The notes under the pieces were generated by a model. It had not been told where the DNA came from. It saw only the letters and a program-made list of their open reading frames with translations, and searched no databases. A stretch of 64,000 nucleotides of DNA from Octopus vulgaris. Its lineage: Eukaryota. Below are positions 14,663-26,835 of this stretch, in pieces; within the stretch, counting starts at the first letter, position 1, and every line of letters begins with the position of its first letter. Both the position numbers and the translations under genes were made by a program. The DNA is taken from contig OX597822.1 of assembly GCA_951406725.2 (NCBI GenBank), positions 67,766,001 through 67,830,000 on the forward strand, read 5' to 3'.

Positions 14663-15239
14663 GGAGGTGTAATAGCCCAGTGGTTAGGGTAGCGGACTCG
14701 CGGCCATAGGATCGCAGTTTCGATTCCCAGACAGGGCGTTTTAAGTGTTTATTAAGCGAAAACACCTAAATCTCCATGAGGCTCCTACATGGAGTGGTAG
14801 TTTACCCTGATGTAACACTTCCACCACAACTTTCTCTCACTCTTTCTTCCTGTTTCTATTGTACCTGTATTTCAGAGGGCCAGCCTTGTCACACTCTGTG
14901 TCACGCTGAATCTCCCCGAGAACTACGTTAAGGGTACACGTGTCTTATTTCGTCTGCCGTTACGTTCTGAGTTCAAATTCCGCTGAGGTCGACTTTGCCT
15001 TTCATCCTTTCGGAGTCGATAAATTAAGTACCAGTTACACACTGGGGTCGATGTAATCGACTTAATCCGTTTGCCTGTACTTGTTTGTCCCCTCTATGTT
15101 TAGCCCCTTGTGGGCAACAGAGAAACAGGTACATGTGTCTGTGGAGTGCTCAGCCACTTGCACGTTAATCTCGCGAGCAAGCTGTTCCGTTGATCGGATC
15201 AACTGGAACCCTCGTCGTCGTAACCGACGAAGTGCCACG
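14663..15239 (+). mobile_element. tRNA-derived SINE with 13-bp TSD, carrying a nested family-A SINE
   Basis: Head ggaggtgtaatagcccagtggttaggg...gtttcgattcc. TSD actttaagagtgt at 14650-14662 and 15240-15252. Confidence 0.85.
14946..15127 (+). mobile_element. 5'-truncated family-A SINE, nested
   Basis: Family-A body flanked by duplicated ggtaca(c/t)gtgtct. Confidence 0.85.
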
Positions 15240-15399
15240 ACTTTAAGAGTGTCATACAAATTATAAAAATAAAATGCACTCTTATTCAAGTGATTACACA
15301 CATACATAATATATGTACATGGCTGTGTGTATGTGTGCGTGCGTGTGTGTGCGCGCACACGCACGCTTCTATGAGTGTGAGTGCACATTTATACATACA

Positions 15400-15840
15400 C
15401 TAGCAGCATAGCCCGGCGTTGCCCGGGTATGTAAGAGCCCCTAGTAGGCAACGACTAATCCCAATCTAGTCCTTTCCCTCTAGGGAACGAAGGCACATGT
15501 GTAGGTTGCAATGTCTTCTCTTCACTCGAATACTTCAGTGTATACGATGTTCCTAGCTGTCCCTTTGGGCGATAAAAAGGTCGAGTTGTGTCCCCTAGAC
15601 AAAAAATGTGTTGCATATAAAAAGCTTAGATTCTCGACCCCATGTCGAATTTATCGATTTTCTTCAGAACTGGGGGAACTTTTCAAAATTTTCGCTGCGT
15701 TAGTTTTGAATTATGACATTGGGCTATGTGTGTGTCAAGTCAAGTTTCATCAGAATCGGTTGAAAGCCGTGGTCAGGGTAAGGGTACAACCTGACAGACA
15801 CACAGACACACAGACAGACAAACTGCCGTTTATATATAGA
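15400..15840 (-). mobile_element. Non-autonomous Helitron (second family)
   Basis: Minus strand: A^TCTATATATAAACGGCAG... ending in hairpin cccgggcaacgccggg, then ctatgctgCTAG^T. Confidence 0.88.
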
Positions 15841-16030
15841 TAGATACTCATTTTGTTTAGTTTTACAAATGTGACAAAGTGTTCTCAGTACATATGACAT
15901 ATCTTATTCGTTTGACACTGATTCTACTCTTCATCTTGAAAAATTGCAACTAACTCAGAGAGTCTGGAGATTCTGTTTATCAGCATAGTGAGATATCAAA
16001 TTCGAAGTGTGCGCGCGTACACACACAAAT

Positions 16031-16066
<36 letters not shown>

Positions 16067-16124
16067 GTATATGAATGTTTATAAATCTGATTGCTTACTC
16101 TGTACATTTGTAGAGTAGAGATTA

Positions 16125-16250
16125 CTTATTCTTAAGCAAAAATATTGTTGACTGTGTCTTCGAAGTTTCGGCCTGCTCAGCCAACCACTGACGCTTGATT
16201 AGCTGGCAGAAACTTCGAAGTCATTATCATTAATGCTCTTGTTTAAAAAT
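16125..16250. repeat. Short palindrome made of two hammerhead 3' halves
   Basis: cttcgaagtttc (16158-16169) ... gaaacttcgaagtc (16209-16222) around a central hairpin. The outer flanks are also inverted homologues. Confidence 0.6.
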
Positions 16251-16259
16251 TATATATAT

Positions 16260-16354
<95 letters not shown>

Positions 16355-16574
16355 TAAAGTTAATCTAAACATGAAAACACAAAGAGAAAACACAACAACG
16401 CGAGGACGTGGAACAAATATAGTATTATTGGATGCTCAGGAAGGAAGGGAAGAAGGAGGGTTTAACGTTTCGAGCGGAGCTCTTCGTCGGAAACATAGGA
16501 GAAGGACAGATCCAGAGAAGGGAAGACAGAGGGAAACAAATCGCCAACGGTACACACGCGGTCACGTTTTGAAT

Positions 16575-16575
<1 letters not shown>
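16355..16575 (-). mobile_element. PLE-terminus-like fragment inside (GATA)n
   Basis: Unique ~220-bp segment between GATA arrays. Contains a minimal hammerhead fold and a pyrimidine-rich tract on the minus strand. Confidence 0.6.
16460..16494 (-). ncRNA. Minimal type I hammerhead ribozyme motif (U4C variant)
   Basis: guuu-CCGACGA-a-gagc-ucc-gcuc-GAAAC-GUU^-aaac. Stem I 4 bp, stem II 4 bp, palindromic AACGUU. Confidence 0.7.
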
Positions 16576-16653
<78 letters not shown>

Positions 16654-16669
16654 TATTACAATTAGTCAT

Positions 16670-17351
16670 TGACGGCATGTGAAACTACTGCTGCGTCGAT
16701 TACCGAATGTGATCTTCCAACGGTTATGTTTCCACATGCAGGTGTACGAGTGGTTGAGACGTTTCCAAGATGGCCGAAAAAATGTCAATATTGACGAACG
16801 TTCAGGGAGACCCGCAACCAGTAGAACTAAGAATAACTTCGTAGATGTGCGTGCAGCTGTGAATCGAAATCCTTGAATCACCATCTGTGAATTGCCAGAG
16901 GATGTGCAGATAAGCTACGGTTCAGTTCAATCCATTTTCACTGAAGATTTGTGTACGAGACGCGTGTTTGTCAAGTTTGTGTCAAAACTGCGTTCAGCTG
17001 ACCGAAAATACTCTCGGGTTTCAGTTGCACAAGATCTTGACAGTATCGAGAATGATGAAAACTTTTTGAAAATCTTGTGTGGACCTCTGAGCTGTTATCG
17101 TCAAGCTTTTGGCAAAATGTGATGCATATTCTCAGCTCAACTTTCTCCCTCGGGGTCGGTGCGACGAACAGACGCTACACACGTTAAAATCCAAGCACTG
17201 CTGTAAATAACGGAAGTGAGCTAGAGTGTTTAAACATGGTGCACGTGCACAGCCGAGTTCAAGGTTAATCTATGCCAAGCGGTTTCTCTCTCCGCACTTT
17301 AGCTTCGTTACTATGGCAACAGTCCGGACACTCATTGATCGGGACCACTTA
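16670..17351 (+). mobile_element. Mariner remnant (HTH region plus terminal repeat)
   Basis: QVYEWLRRFQDGRKNVNIDERSGRP and RRVFVKFVSKL. The end cagtccggacactcattgatcgggaccactta matches 61975-62070. Confidence 0.85.
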
Positions 17352-18601
17352 TCCATATATTCTATAAACTAAGTCCTGACAAGAAATTGGCTCAGATTTA
17401 GGTATCATGAGTACGCTTCACTAAGTTTCCGCATCATGAATCTGTGCTGTTATATTAGATAATTATTTCAAGTGAATAACTCTGGAAAGTATAGACTGAA
17501 AATAGATCTAGATTTGAGAAACGTGTTTTAGATCAATGTTACAGTGTCTGTCAATGTTACAACACAACGCATTCCCCGGTCTCGGAATCGAAACTACAAT
17601 CTTACAATTAAGAGTCCAACACCCAAACGACTAAGCCACGTACCTCCATATCTTGCTGTGAGATCCTATATTTTAGATAACAATGGCGGACGGGAAATTG
17701 TGACGGTCACATCTTTTTCTTTTTTTTTTTTTTCAAGACACTGCTAAACATAGTTTGTTAACACGGCGCGTTTTCTTGTATCACGTATATCATGGTACAC
17801 ACAAATTTCAAAAAACTTTGAACGTTTGACTATGCAGTTTGTCTCTACAGTTGGCTAAAAAAAATGTATCGATATTGTTTGCTTTTTCATGTTTTTTCCT
17901 TCGCAGCTAAACTTAACGTTTACACCCATTGTTTGATGCAAGTAGATAAGAAATGTTTTTAAAAACGTTACAAGAAAAACGCTATATCTCTCAAATATAA
18001 GCAATGCGTTTTTTTTAAATATAAATTCTATAAAAAAGGGAAAAAATCGTAAGGTGGATGAGGCGGAAAGTTCTTATTTTGATGTTACTTCTGTAGCACA
18101 GTTTTTCTTTTTATCTATGAACAATATTTCAAGAGCTGCTGAAATAATTTTATGCATTATTTCCAAAATGAATTTGACATAATGTAAGGTAACGAAACAA
18201 CACCAGAAAACATACACACACACACACGCACACACACACAAACAGACACAAACAAACAAGCAAACAAACATACAAATATTACCACACACATGCATGCAAA
18301 TATCTCTATGCATGCTTGCATGTGTGTGTGTGTATGTATGTATGTATGTATGTATGCATGATTAATAGTTATCATTAGACATAATTTACTTCGAATGTTC
18401 GCTAATATGAGAATCAATATGGCTTCTCAGCTTCTACGAAACTTCGAAGTAAATATTGCATGTTGACTTTTTTCAAGTAACCAAATCTATAAAACAAAAC
18501 ATTATACATACATATATACGTTATGTATTTTATATACGTGTATGTTTGTGTGTGTGTCTGTGTGTCTGTGTGTGTGTGTGTGTACGTGTGTGTGTGTGTG
18601 C

Positions 18602-18657
<56 letters not shown>

Positions 18658-18962
18658 AATATATATATATGTATATATACATGTATACATATATATACAT
18701 ATATATGTATATATATATATTATATACTCATTCATACGCACACATACATTTACATATGCGTAGAAAGTTTATACACATTGAAAATGTAGTTTCGAAAAGA
18801 ATATTTTTGAAATTTTTTCTCAACGAACGTAAAAGAATAATTCTATGATTGTTGTAAACACTATAAAATATAATGTAATAAATGTACTATAATATTATAT
18901 ATGTATATTACATATGTATGTATGTATCTAACTATCTATCTTTATACATACACACATACATT

Positions 18963-19041
<79 letters not shown>

Positions 19042-19091
19042 GGATATGTTTGTAGTCTTTACTTCTGTTAATCTTAAGAATGTTTATTTCA

Positions 19092-19175
<84 letters not shown>

Positions 19176-19181
19176 TGTATG

Positions 19182-19223
<42 letters not shown>

Positions 19224-19286
19224 ATCCAAATATATATATATGTGTGTGTGTGTGTTGTCTTACCATTACTATCAATATATCTATAT

Positions 19287-19323
<37 letters not shown>

Positions 19324-20438
19324 CTGAATGTATATTTTATAAGCGAAAGAAAAACATTGATATACGTACTCTTTTGTAGATAGGTAGGAGAGTAAAATCA
19401 ACAAAGGGTTTAGAATGTAAAAAATCATATCTCTTTCATTGGGAAAAAAATAACTATTCCAGTGTTTTAATTTTTTTTCTTTTTTTTTTTTGCCTTGTAC
19501 AAGTATAAAAATAAGCTTTGTATTATTGTAATCGTGGTGAAAGTTTTAGATTTCAGAAAAATCATATTACCTTTGTTTTGAAAAATTTATAGATATATTT
19601 CTATTTTTCTTTCTACTAATACAGCGTAAATATAATACATTTTATATAAGTTTGTTATTACAGTTCTCCTTATGTTTCATAGACTTATCATTCCGCGATG
19701 TTGTGTACATAATCTTCGGAAATTTGTTTCAGGAATTTGAAAGTATATCCCCTTTAAAGGGATTTGTTAATCAATTATATATTATCTTTATAATTCAGGA
19801 TTTGAATGCTACATCGAGCGTTTACATTTTTTTTTTTTTTGCAACAAGAAACAAGAACTGGATATGTTTCGGAGAGAGTGCACTTATGTGATCAAGATTA
19901 ACATTGATGTTTATGTCTTACGTAAATATTCAAGGTTGATCAGATTTTTCAATGGTAAACATACAAAGAAGTATTTCAGGGTTAATAAGAATGCTTGTGG
20001 TTAATGTGAACAAGAAGGTTTAACATACATACTAAAGATTAACAAACGCTTTGGGATTTGGTTTGCAAGATTCTTTATGTGAATTCGAGTGTTGAAACAA
20101 ATTTTGTTGTGCCCAGGAAGAGTCATTACGTCAATATTAATAACACAAGCATTTGCTTCAATTTCACTCCTTTATTATTCAATTCGTTAAATATTTATTC
20201 AACTAACTAATAGATCATTTGTTTAATTTGTTGGTTATACTGTCAGTCGTTTGTTTTTTGTTTTTTTTTATTCATCAAAGTTCTTTCGGTGTCATTTGCA
20301 ACCTTTTCAATGACTTCTTTCTCAGTCTGTGTCACATAGGCCGCGTTTGTCTCTCTGAGACCTTGTTGCTTGTATATGTATAGAAAAGGGCATGTGTGTG
20401 TATGTGTGATTATTTTCGAGTGCATATATATATAAATA

Positions 20439-21071
20439 CTAGCAGTATTGCCCGGCACAACGAGGATTTCAGGGGAGAGTTTCAGGGAGTCGCTGGCGAT
20501 GTATCGCGATGATCAAAAATCCGGCCCGCTAAAATTTGGTTAAAGTGATTCAAACTGCAGGCTCAACGCAAAATGGTCACATTTAATTCAAAGCGTTAAA
20601 AATATTATGAAAACAATTGGTATGTGTTCACAAAGTTCAAACGATTAATACAAAAAAAACCCTCCAGGCTACATCCCGAAAATTCATTTCTTTGCCGAAT
20701 TTCTACAATGTTTACGGCGATTCGTTTTTGTATCTCGATTTTTTTATTTTTCATGCAATTTACGCATGCTTGCACGCGTGGTGAACACGGTTCACGTCAA
20801 ACAGCTGACTGAGTAAAGTTCACTATTCAATGCATGGGATAAGGCCTAAACAAATACATTATCGATTTTTGCACTTGCGAGATGAATTCCGGAACAGAAA
20901 TAGCGCAGTTCAATTTTCATTCGCCTAAACTTTAAGTGACCCATTTTTGGTGGTTCTACGATTTGTTGGCTAGGAGGAGATGTGCCGGGAAGTTAAACAC
21001 ACAGACACACACACACAGATACACACACAGATACACACACAGACACACAAGTTGAGTTTTGTATATATAGA
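20439..21071 (-). mobile_element. Non-autonomous Helitron (same family as 11900-12695)
   Basis: Minus strand: A^TCtatatatacaaaactcaacttg...gccgggcaatactgCTAG^T. Confidence 0.85.
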
Positions 21072-21390
21072 TATATATGTATGTGAGTGTGTGTTAATTT
21101 GTGTATATGTATGCGTTGAAGGTTAAATTCTGTGCACTCTAACTACAATAGATATTTTTTCTGGAATGTGCTTATGTCTATCAAAGTATTTAAAGAAAAG
21201 GCTGAGTGTCACTGTAGTTCTTATGATAACAAATGAGATAATAAACGCATTCCTTCTCTCTCATATATTCTTTTTAGGTCAATGCTGGGTTGGTGAGGTT
21301 TTTAATCTTTTCAAGATATTTCAGAACAGCGTTGGTGGTATTTCACATTTCTGTGTCGTTAATTAATGCATTTTTCCATGCATGTCATAA

Positions 21391-21685
21391 AGGCACGTGA
21401 CTCAGTGGTTAGGAAATTGCACTCACGATCACTAGGCCGTAGAGTTCGATTCCCGGATCAGTCGGCGCGTTGTGTTCCCCATCGAAACACTTCATTTCAC
21501 ATTGCCCCAGTCCACTCAACCGTAAATGAGTATCCCTGCAACAGACTAGCCTTCCGATAGGGCACAATGTTGGCCTTCTTGACCAGCCAAAGGGATGGCG
21601 TTATTTGAGCGCTATAACAATGTGAAGCACATTGTGACCAGTGATGTATAACAACAACCGATACTCTGGTTGATATCGTGATACC
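21391..21685 (+). mobile_element. SINE family C, full length, diverged
   Basis: aggcacgtgactcagtggttagg A box, gagttcgattccc B box, CORE-like segment, tail shared with 761-881. Confidence 0.8.
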
Positions 21686-21979
21686 ATGAAGAATGTCGTC
21701 GGGTTTGTGTGCTATATGGTGGTGTGTTTGAATACTACATTACCATGGAATTTTTGTATTATTATTATGATTCTGTGAGAGCGGACAGCAGCCTGTTGCC
21801 AGAGGTCTCACAGGATCTCTTTCCGCACATTATAAGTTTTGATACTTGGTTGTCAATTATCGTGGAAGATATTCAACAGCCAATATTATTACAGTTCTAT
21901 ATTTAAGAGATGAGGAATTATGTACATTATTTACATCATTTACAATTGACGGATATTTGTCCTTATCTTGATTGTTGTT

Positions 21980-22025
21980 AACACAACGTTTCGGCTGATA
22001 TACCCTCCAGCCTTCATCAGGAGTC
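21980..22025 (-). ncRNA. Minimal type I hammerhead ribozyme
   Basis: gacuc-CUGAUGA-a-ggcug-gaggguauau-cagcc-GAAAC-GUU^-guguu. Canonical core, one mismatch in stem I. Confidence 0.85.
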
Positions 22026-22111
22026 TTGGGGAAATTTCGAACCGGAATTCTCATTCCTAAGGTATTTTTCGATGTTCTTGTTGTTGTTGTTGTTGTTATT
22101 ATTATTATTAA

Positions 22112-22162
<51 letters not shown>

Positions 22163-22326
22163 CATCATTATTATCATCATTCAGGTCACTGCCTGGTTTG
22201 AACTCGGAATCTTGGGTTTAGTAGCCCGCGCTCTTAACCACGAGCATATGGCGCACTGGTTAAGAGCGCGGGCTACTAACCCCAAAATTCTGAGTTCGAT
22301 TCCAGGCAGTGACCTGAATAATAATG

Positions 22327-22391
<65 letters not shown>

Positions 22392-22456
22392 AACAACAAC
22401 AGCAACAACATCGAAAATACCTTAGGAATGAGAACCCAGGTTAAAAATTTCCCCAA

Positions 22457-22499
22457 GACACCTGATGAAGGCTGGAGGGTATATCAGCCGAAATGTGTT
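22457..22499 (+). ncRNA. Hammerhead ribozyme copy with a 3-nt deletion in stem III
   Basis: gacac-CUGAUGA-a-ggcug...cagcc-GAAA-u-guguu. Lacks CGU relative to the minus-strand copy. Confidence 0.7.
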
Positions 22500-22723
22500 A
22501 ACAACGAACAAGATGAGGTCAAATATTCGTCAAATGTAAATAATGTAAATAATCCAATATTATTATAAATATTATTTTCTAAGGCGAAGAATCTTCATAT
22601 GAGTATCAGAGAGATTTTCTTGCAGCAGTTGGGATTGATTTTTCCAAGAGCAGCCGTTTTGGTTCTGTCATCAAATGTTGGCATACGTCAACTGGAACTG
22701 GCATGAGACTAGAAACATTTCTA

Positions 22724-23128
22724 GGCGCGGGAGTGGCTGTGTGGTAAGTAGTTTGCTTACCAACCACATTGTGTACAGGTTCAGTTGCACTACATGGCAC
22801 CTTGGGCAAGTGTCTTCTACTATAGTCACGGGCTGGCCAAAGCTCTGTGAATGGATTTGGCAGACGGAAACTGAAAGAAGCCCGTCGTATATATATATAT
22901 GTATGTGTGTGTATATATTTGTGTGTCTGTGTTTGTCTCCCCAACATCGCTTGACAACCGATGCTGGTGTGTTTACGTCCCCGTAACATAGCGGTTCGGC
23001 AAAAGAGACCGATAGAATAAGTAGTAAGGTTACAAAGAATAAGTCCTGGGGTCGATTTCTTGGACTAAAGGCGGTGCTTCAGTATGGCCGCAGTCATATG
23101 ACTGAAACAAGTAAAAGACTAAAGAGAG
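22724..23128 (+). mobile_element. SINE family B
   Basis: Full head, core, internal (TA)/(TG) repeat and tail. Confidence 0.9.
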
Positions 23129-23373
23129 TGGTGTTACCGATAAAATGAAGTACTGCTACGAAATTACGCGAAAACAATGTGTGAGAGAGAAGCATCTTCA
23201 ACAATTTGTTCAAACGTCTTAAGAAAAGGCTGCTGGATGTTGTCAGTGGTGTTATTGTTAGCACGCAGCTCTCTTCGATCTCCGATATCTGTCCATAACA
23301 ACCTTCAAATCATACGTAACATATTATAATGGGTGATAAGTAAACTGCGAGTAAGTGAAGCTCTGGTATATAA

Positions 23374-23602
23374 CTGGCAGAAACGTTAGTACGCCGGGCG
23401 AAATGCGTAGCCGTATTACGTCTTTCGTCTACAATAACGTTCTGAGTTCAAATTCCGCCGAGGTCAACTTTGCCTTTCATCCTTCGGGGTCGATAAATTA
23501 AGTACCAGTTACGCACTGGGGTCGATGTAATCGACTTAATCCGTTTGTCTGTCCTTGTTTGTCCTCTCTGTGTTTAGCCCCTTGTGGGTAGTAAAGAAAT
23601 AG
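23374..23602 (+). mobile_element. SINE family A
   Basis: Matches 4158-4388. Confidence 0.88.
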
Positions 23603-25116
23603 GTATATTCGGATTGATTCAAAGAATTCGGCAGGGTCTACTGCTTCCATCGGCACATAAGTCGTTGGTACAGCCCGGTTCTTTCCCTGCTTTTGAGGGT
23701 AGATGGTTGTATTGTACGGTGGTATCTTCTCGGTGCTAAATAGCAACCAATCGGAACCCTTTTAAATCACACGCTCAATTAGTCAGTGATGTCATTTTTC
23801 ATTACAAATGTGCATTCTGGCTTTTGGGATATTCTGCTCAAAAACGGGTTTGAGTGCTTTCACTAGATATTATGAGCAGAGTGACAGGTCTTAATCAAAT
23901 GTCGGGCGGGAGAAAGCTACCACTGAAATTGTTCGAAAGATGTGGTGAACGCATACAACTTTCCCTTTTTTAATCACAATTTTGCCATCGATCATTTTCC
24001 CAGTTATTAAAAGATTAGGTTAAGCTTCCCCTTTCGCTTGTTTTGGAAAGGATGAGTTACTCTGTTCTGCACGTCCATCAAAATTATAAATCGTTTAGAA
24101 AGATTCAATGTTAGCAGGCAAATATAATGTTCAATGGATTTCTCGTTGATATTTATCAATAAGGTTTTCTCTTTTATGATAATCCAAAAGAGTTGTTTCA
24201 TCTAGTCTGTTAACGGAATAAACTTGGCTTTTGATATAAACATATTTTATGCAGGATATCTTTGTATCTTCGAACTTTCTATATTGTACTGTATTATTGA
24301 TATTATACTTAAATTATTCCACGATATTATCCTTAGTTTGTTGATATATCCATTATCATATTATTTTTGTGTTATTCTTCTAATATATACATGGAAATAG
24401 CGTAAGCGTAAGTATATTAAGTTTGCACTTCAAAGTAACGATTTTATGATACTAACTTTGTACTGAAGGGAAAATAAACATTTTTATTAAGACAAACACA
24501 ATTTCTATTGGCTTTAGCGAAAATGATACTAATATGAGTTTTCCATGCATGCGTGGATGCTAAAATTCTGGAACAGTTGTTTGTTATTGGTTTCTAATGC
24601 CTGCTTGAATTACAAAATGATTTATCAATAACGCATTCTTCTGAGAAATTTGGAAAGTCTACGTCGCATCTATTATATCTTACTTACTGACCATCGTGGA
24701 AAATACAAGTTTCTGGCTGGTTAGATGGGAGTGCCTGCCATTTTCCATTTAATATAAGGGGCGCATTCAACTGATCATATGGTACATCAGCTGCTAGCAT
24801 CTTCTATATAGTGAACTATGAATACTGTAGCTGCCGGTACACCATCAAGCCATTCCACCCGCAGATATTCTTGGACAGTAAACAGGTATGGTCGCCATTA
24901 GAGATAGACTTCTTTCCAGTTCTCTTCTTGGCAGATGATAGATTATAGATTAAGCAAAATTGATATTGGAAGACTTGACCTTTAAATGTAATGAGGGCGT
25001 CACCTTTCTCTATTAATTGGGCAATTTGATAGGTCAAAGTTCTATTCTAGCAAATTATAGAAGGTTATTATTGATATCCAGAGTTCACGTTGCAAGGGAA
25101 GTAGTGGCTTTCACCG

Positions 25117-25167
25117 AAAAGTAACTGGTTAGTATATTGTTTTACAATATACTAACCAGTTACTTTT
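25117..25167. repeat. Perfect 24-bp inverted repeat with 3-nt loop
   Basis: aaaagtaactggttagtatattgt-ttt-acaatatactaaccagttactttt. Confidence 0.95.
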
Positions 25168-25535
25168 TGTTAGAGACTTCTAAGGATAACATCCAGAATC
25201 CTTTGTACTAGAAGCGCTACCCATGGGCCCTACTTATTTATGATAACTTCTACATGCACGGAACTGGCGTAAGCTGGCCCTAATCATAATGTGCGCAGTG
25301 AGTTGAACTGTTCTGCAGGCACATGTTCTGTATACGGGCATTGCTGATTTTGGGAGTTCTGTCAAGCAGTTCTTGTGTCGCGTGACACCGATGCGGATAT
25401 TAGTCGAACCAGACATGATGATTGCCCTACAACGTTCCTTTGGTCAAGTCAGCTTTTTTCTTTCTTGTGATTAGAACAAAAGAGTATGACGTGTCTGAAT
25501 GTTCTGCGGACAGGTCATTTCCTGTTTAGTCGATC

Positions 25536-25559
25536 CCTAACCCTAACCCTAACTCTAAC
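25536..25559. repeat. Short interstitial telomeric-type repeat (CCCTAA)n
   Basis: ccctaaccctaaccctaactctaa. Confidence 0.8.
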
Positions 25560-25970
25560 AAGATTCACTTGGCAAAAGGGTGGGATGAAGTAAGAGGTAC
25601 TGTCTTCAAAAGAAATTATTTAAAACAAGATTGAGAGACGTGAAAATTGTAAAAACGAATGAGACTGCTCTCAATTTATACCTGTAGCTTTAAAACCAGC
25701 ACTTACCCTTGAAGTTCCGAATAATTTTGGATCTTTGAAGTTCCTCAAGCGACCCTTGATGTACGACGCCCTGTATCAGAAGAACTACACCATAATTTTC
25801 TTTTATTGTGTAAATACCATATATAGTTGTCTATTTTTACACATTCAATTTCCTTTGTAGAACCCTTCGATATATATCTTTGTTTGTGAGTATTCTTTTC
25901 ATCTGTCAGCCTGTTGGCATGTACGGATCATCCAATAGAATAAATGCAATTATTATTATAACTAGGTGAA

Positions 25971-26188
25971 GGCGGTGAGCTGGCAGAATCGTTAGCACAC
26001 CGGGAGAAATGCTTAGCAGTATTTCGTCTGTCTTCATGTTCTGAGTTCTAATTCCGCCAGGGTCGACTTTGCCTTTCATCCTTTCGGTGTCGATAAATTA
26101 AGTACCAGTTACGTACTGGGACGATGTTATCGACTTAATCCCTTTCCCCAGATTTGGGGCCTTGAGCTTCCAGTATAAAGGATTATTA
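25971..26188 (+). mobile_element. SINE family A
   Basis: ggcggtgagctggcagaatcgttagc head, conserved core and (ATT)n tail. Confidence 0.88.
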
Positions 26189-26432
26189 TTTCTAGGTAAA
26201 TGGCACACTCGTCAAAGTGCCGGGGGGGGGGATTGTTTTACGATATTAGTTTTCAATCTTTCGGTTGTGAGTTCAAATCTCGCTGAAGTCAATTTTATCG
26301 TTTCGAAGTCGAAAACATAAATTACAAGTCAAGTACTGGGCTGCGATGAAATTGTCGAACATTTCTCCCCTAAAATTAGCGATCCTGTGCCAACGTTTGA
26401 AACCATTGCTGTTACTGATAAGCTCTGTCTGT

Positions 26433-26490
<58 letters not shown>

Positions 26491-26747
26491 GTGTGTGTGT
26501 GTATTTATGTCTGTGTACACACATGTAACCAGCTCTTGTGAGAAAATGTGTCCATTTACAAATATGTTTGATTCAATAGGAAGAAGAAAGTAGAAAAAAA
26601 TGATTTTTAATGAAATTTCAATGAATTCAATTGAAACCAACTTCTCTCTCTCCCTCTTTCTATCTGGCTGTCGGTCTGCCTGTCCATCTATCCGACTATC
26701 TATCCTTCTCCATTCTTTATTATATTTTTCCACTTTCTTGAAACCCT

Positions 26748-26835
<88 letters not shown>

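Larger units (their letters stand above)
21895..22555. mobile_element. Head-to-head pair of tRNA-head/(AAT)n/hammerhead-tail elements
   Basis: The plus arm 22242-22555 and the minus arm 21895-22241 are homologous throughout. The minus arm is 5'-truncated within the A box. Confidence 0.85.

Noticed and set aside
22242-22316. tRNA gene
   Set aside because: A and B boxes are present but there is no acceptor-stem pairing. It is the head of a repeat, as are the other SINE heads.
25536-25559. Telomere or chromosome fusion site
   Set aside because: Only four units long. Such short arrays are common within transposons.
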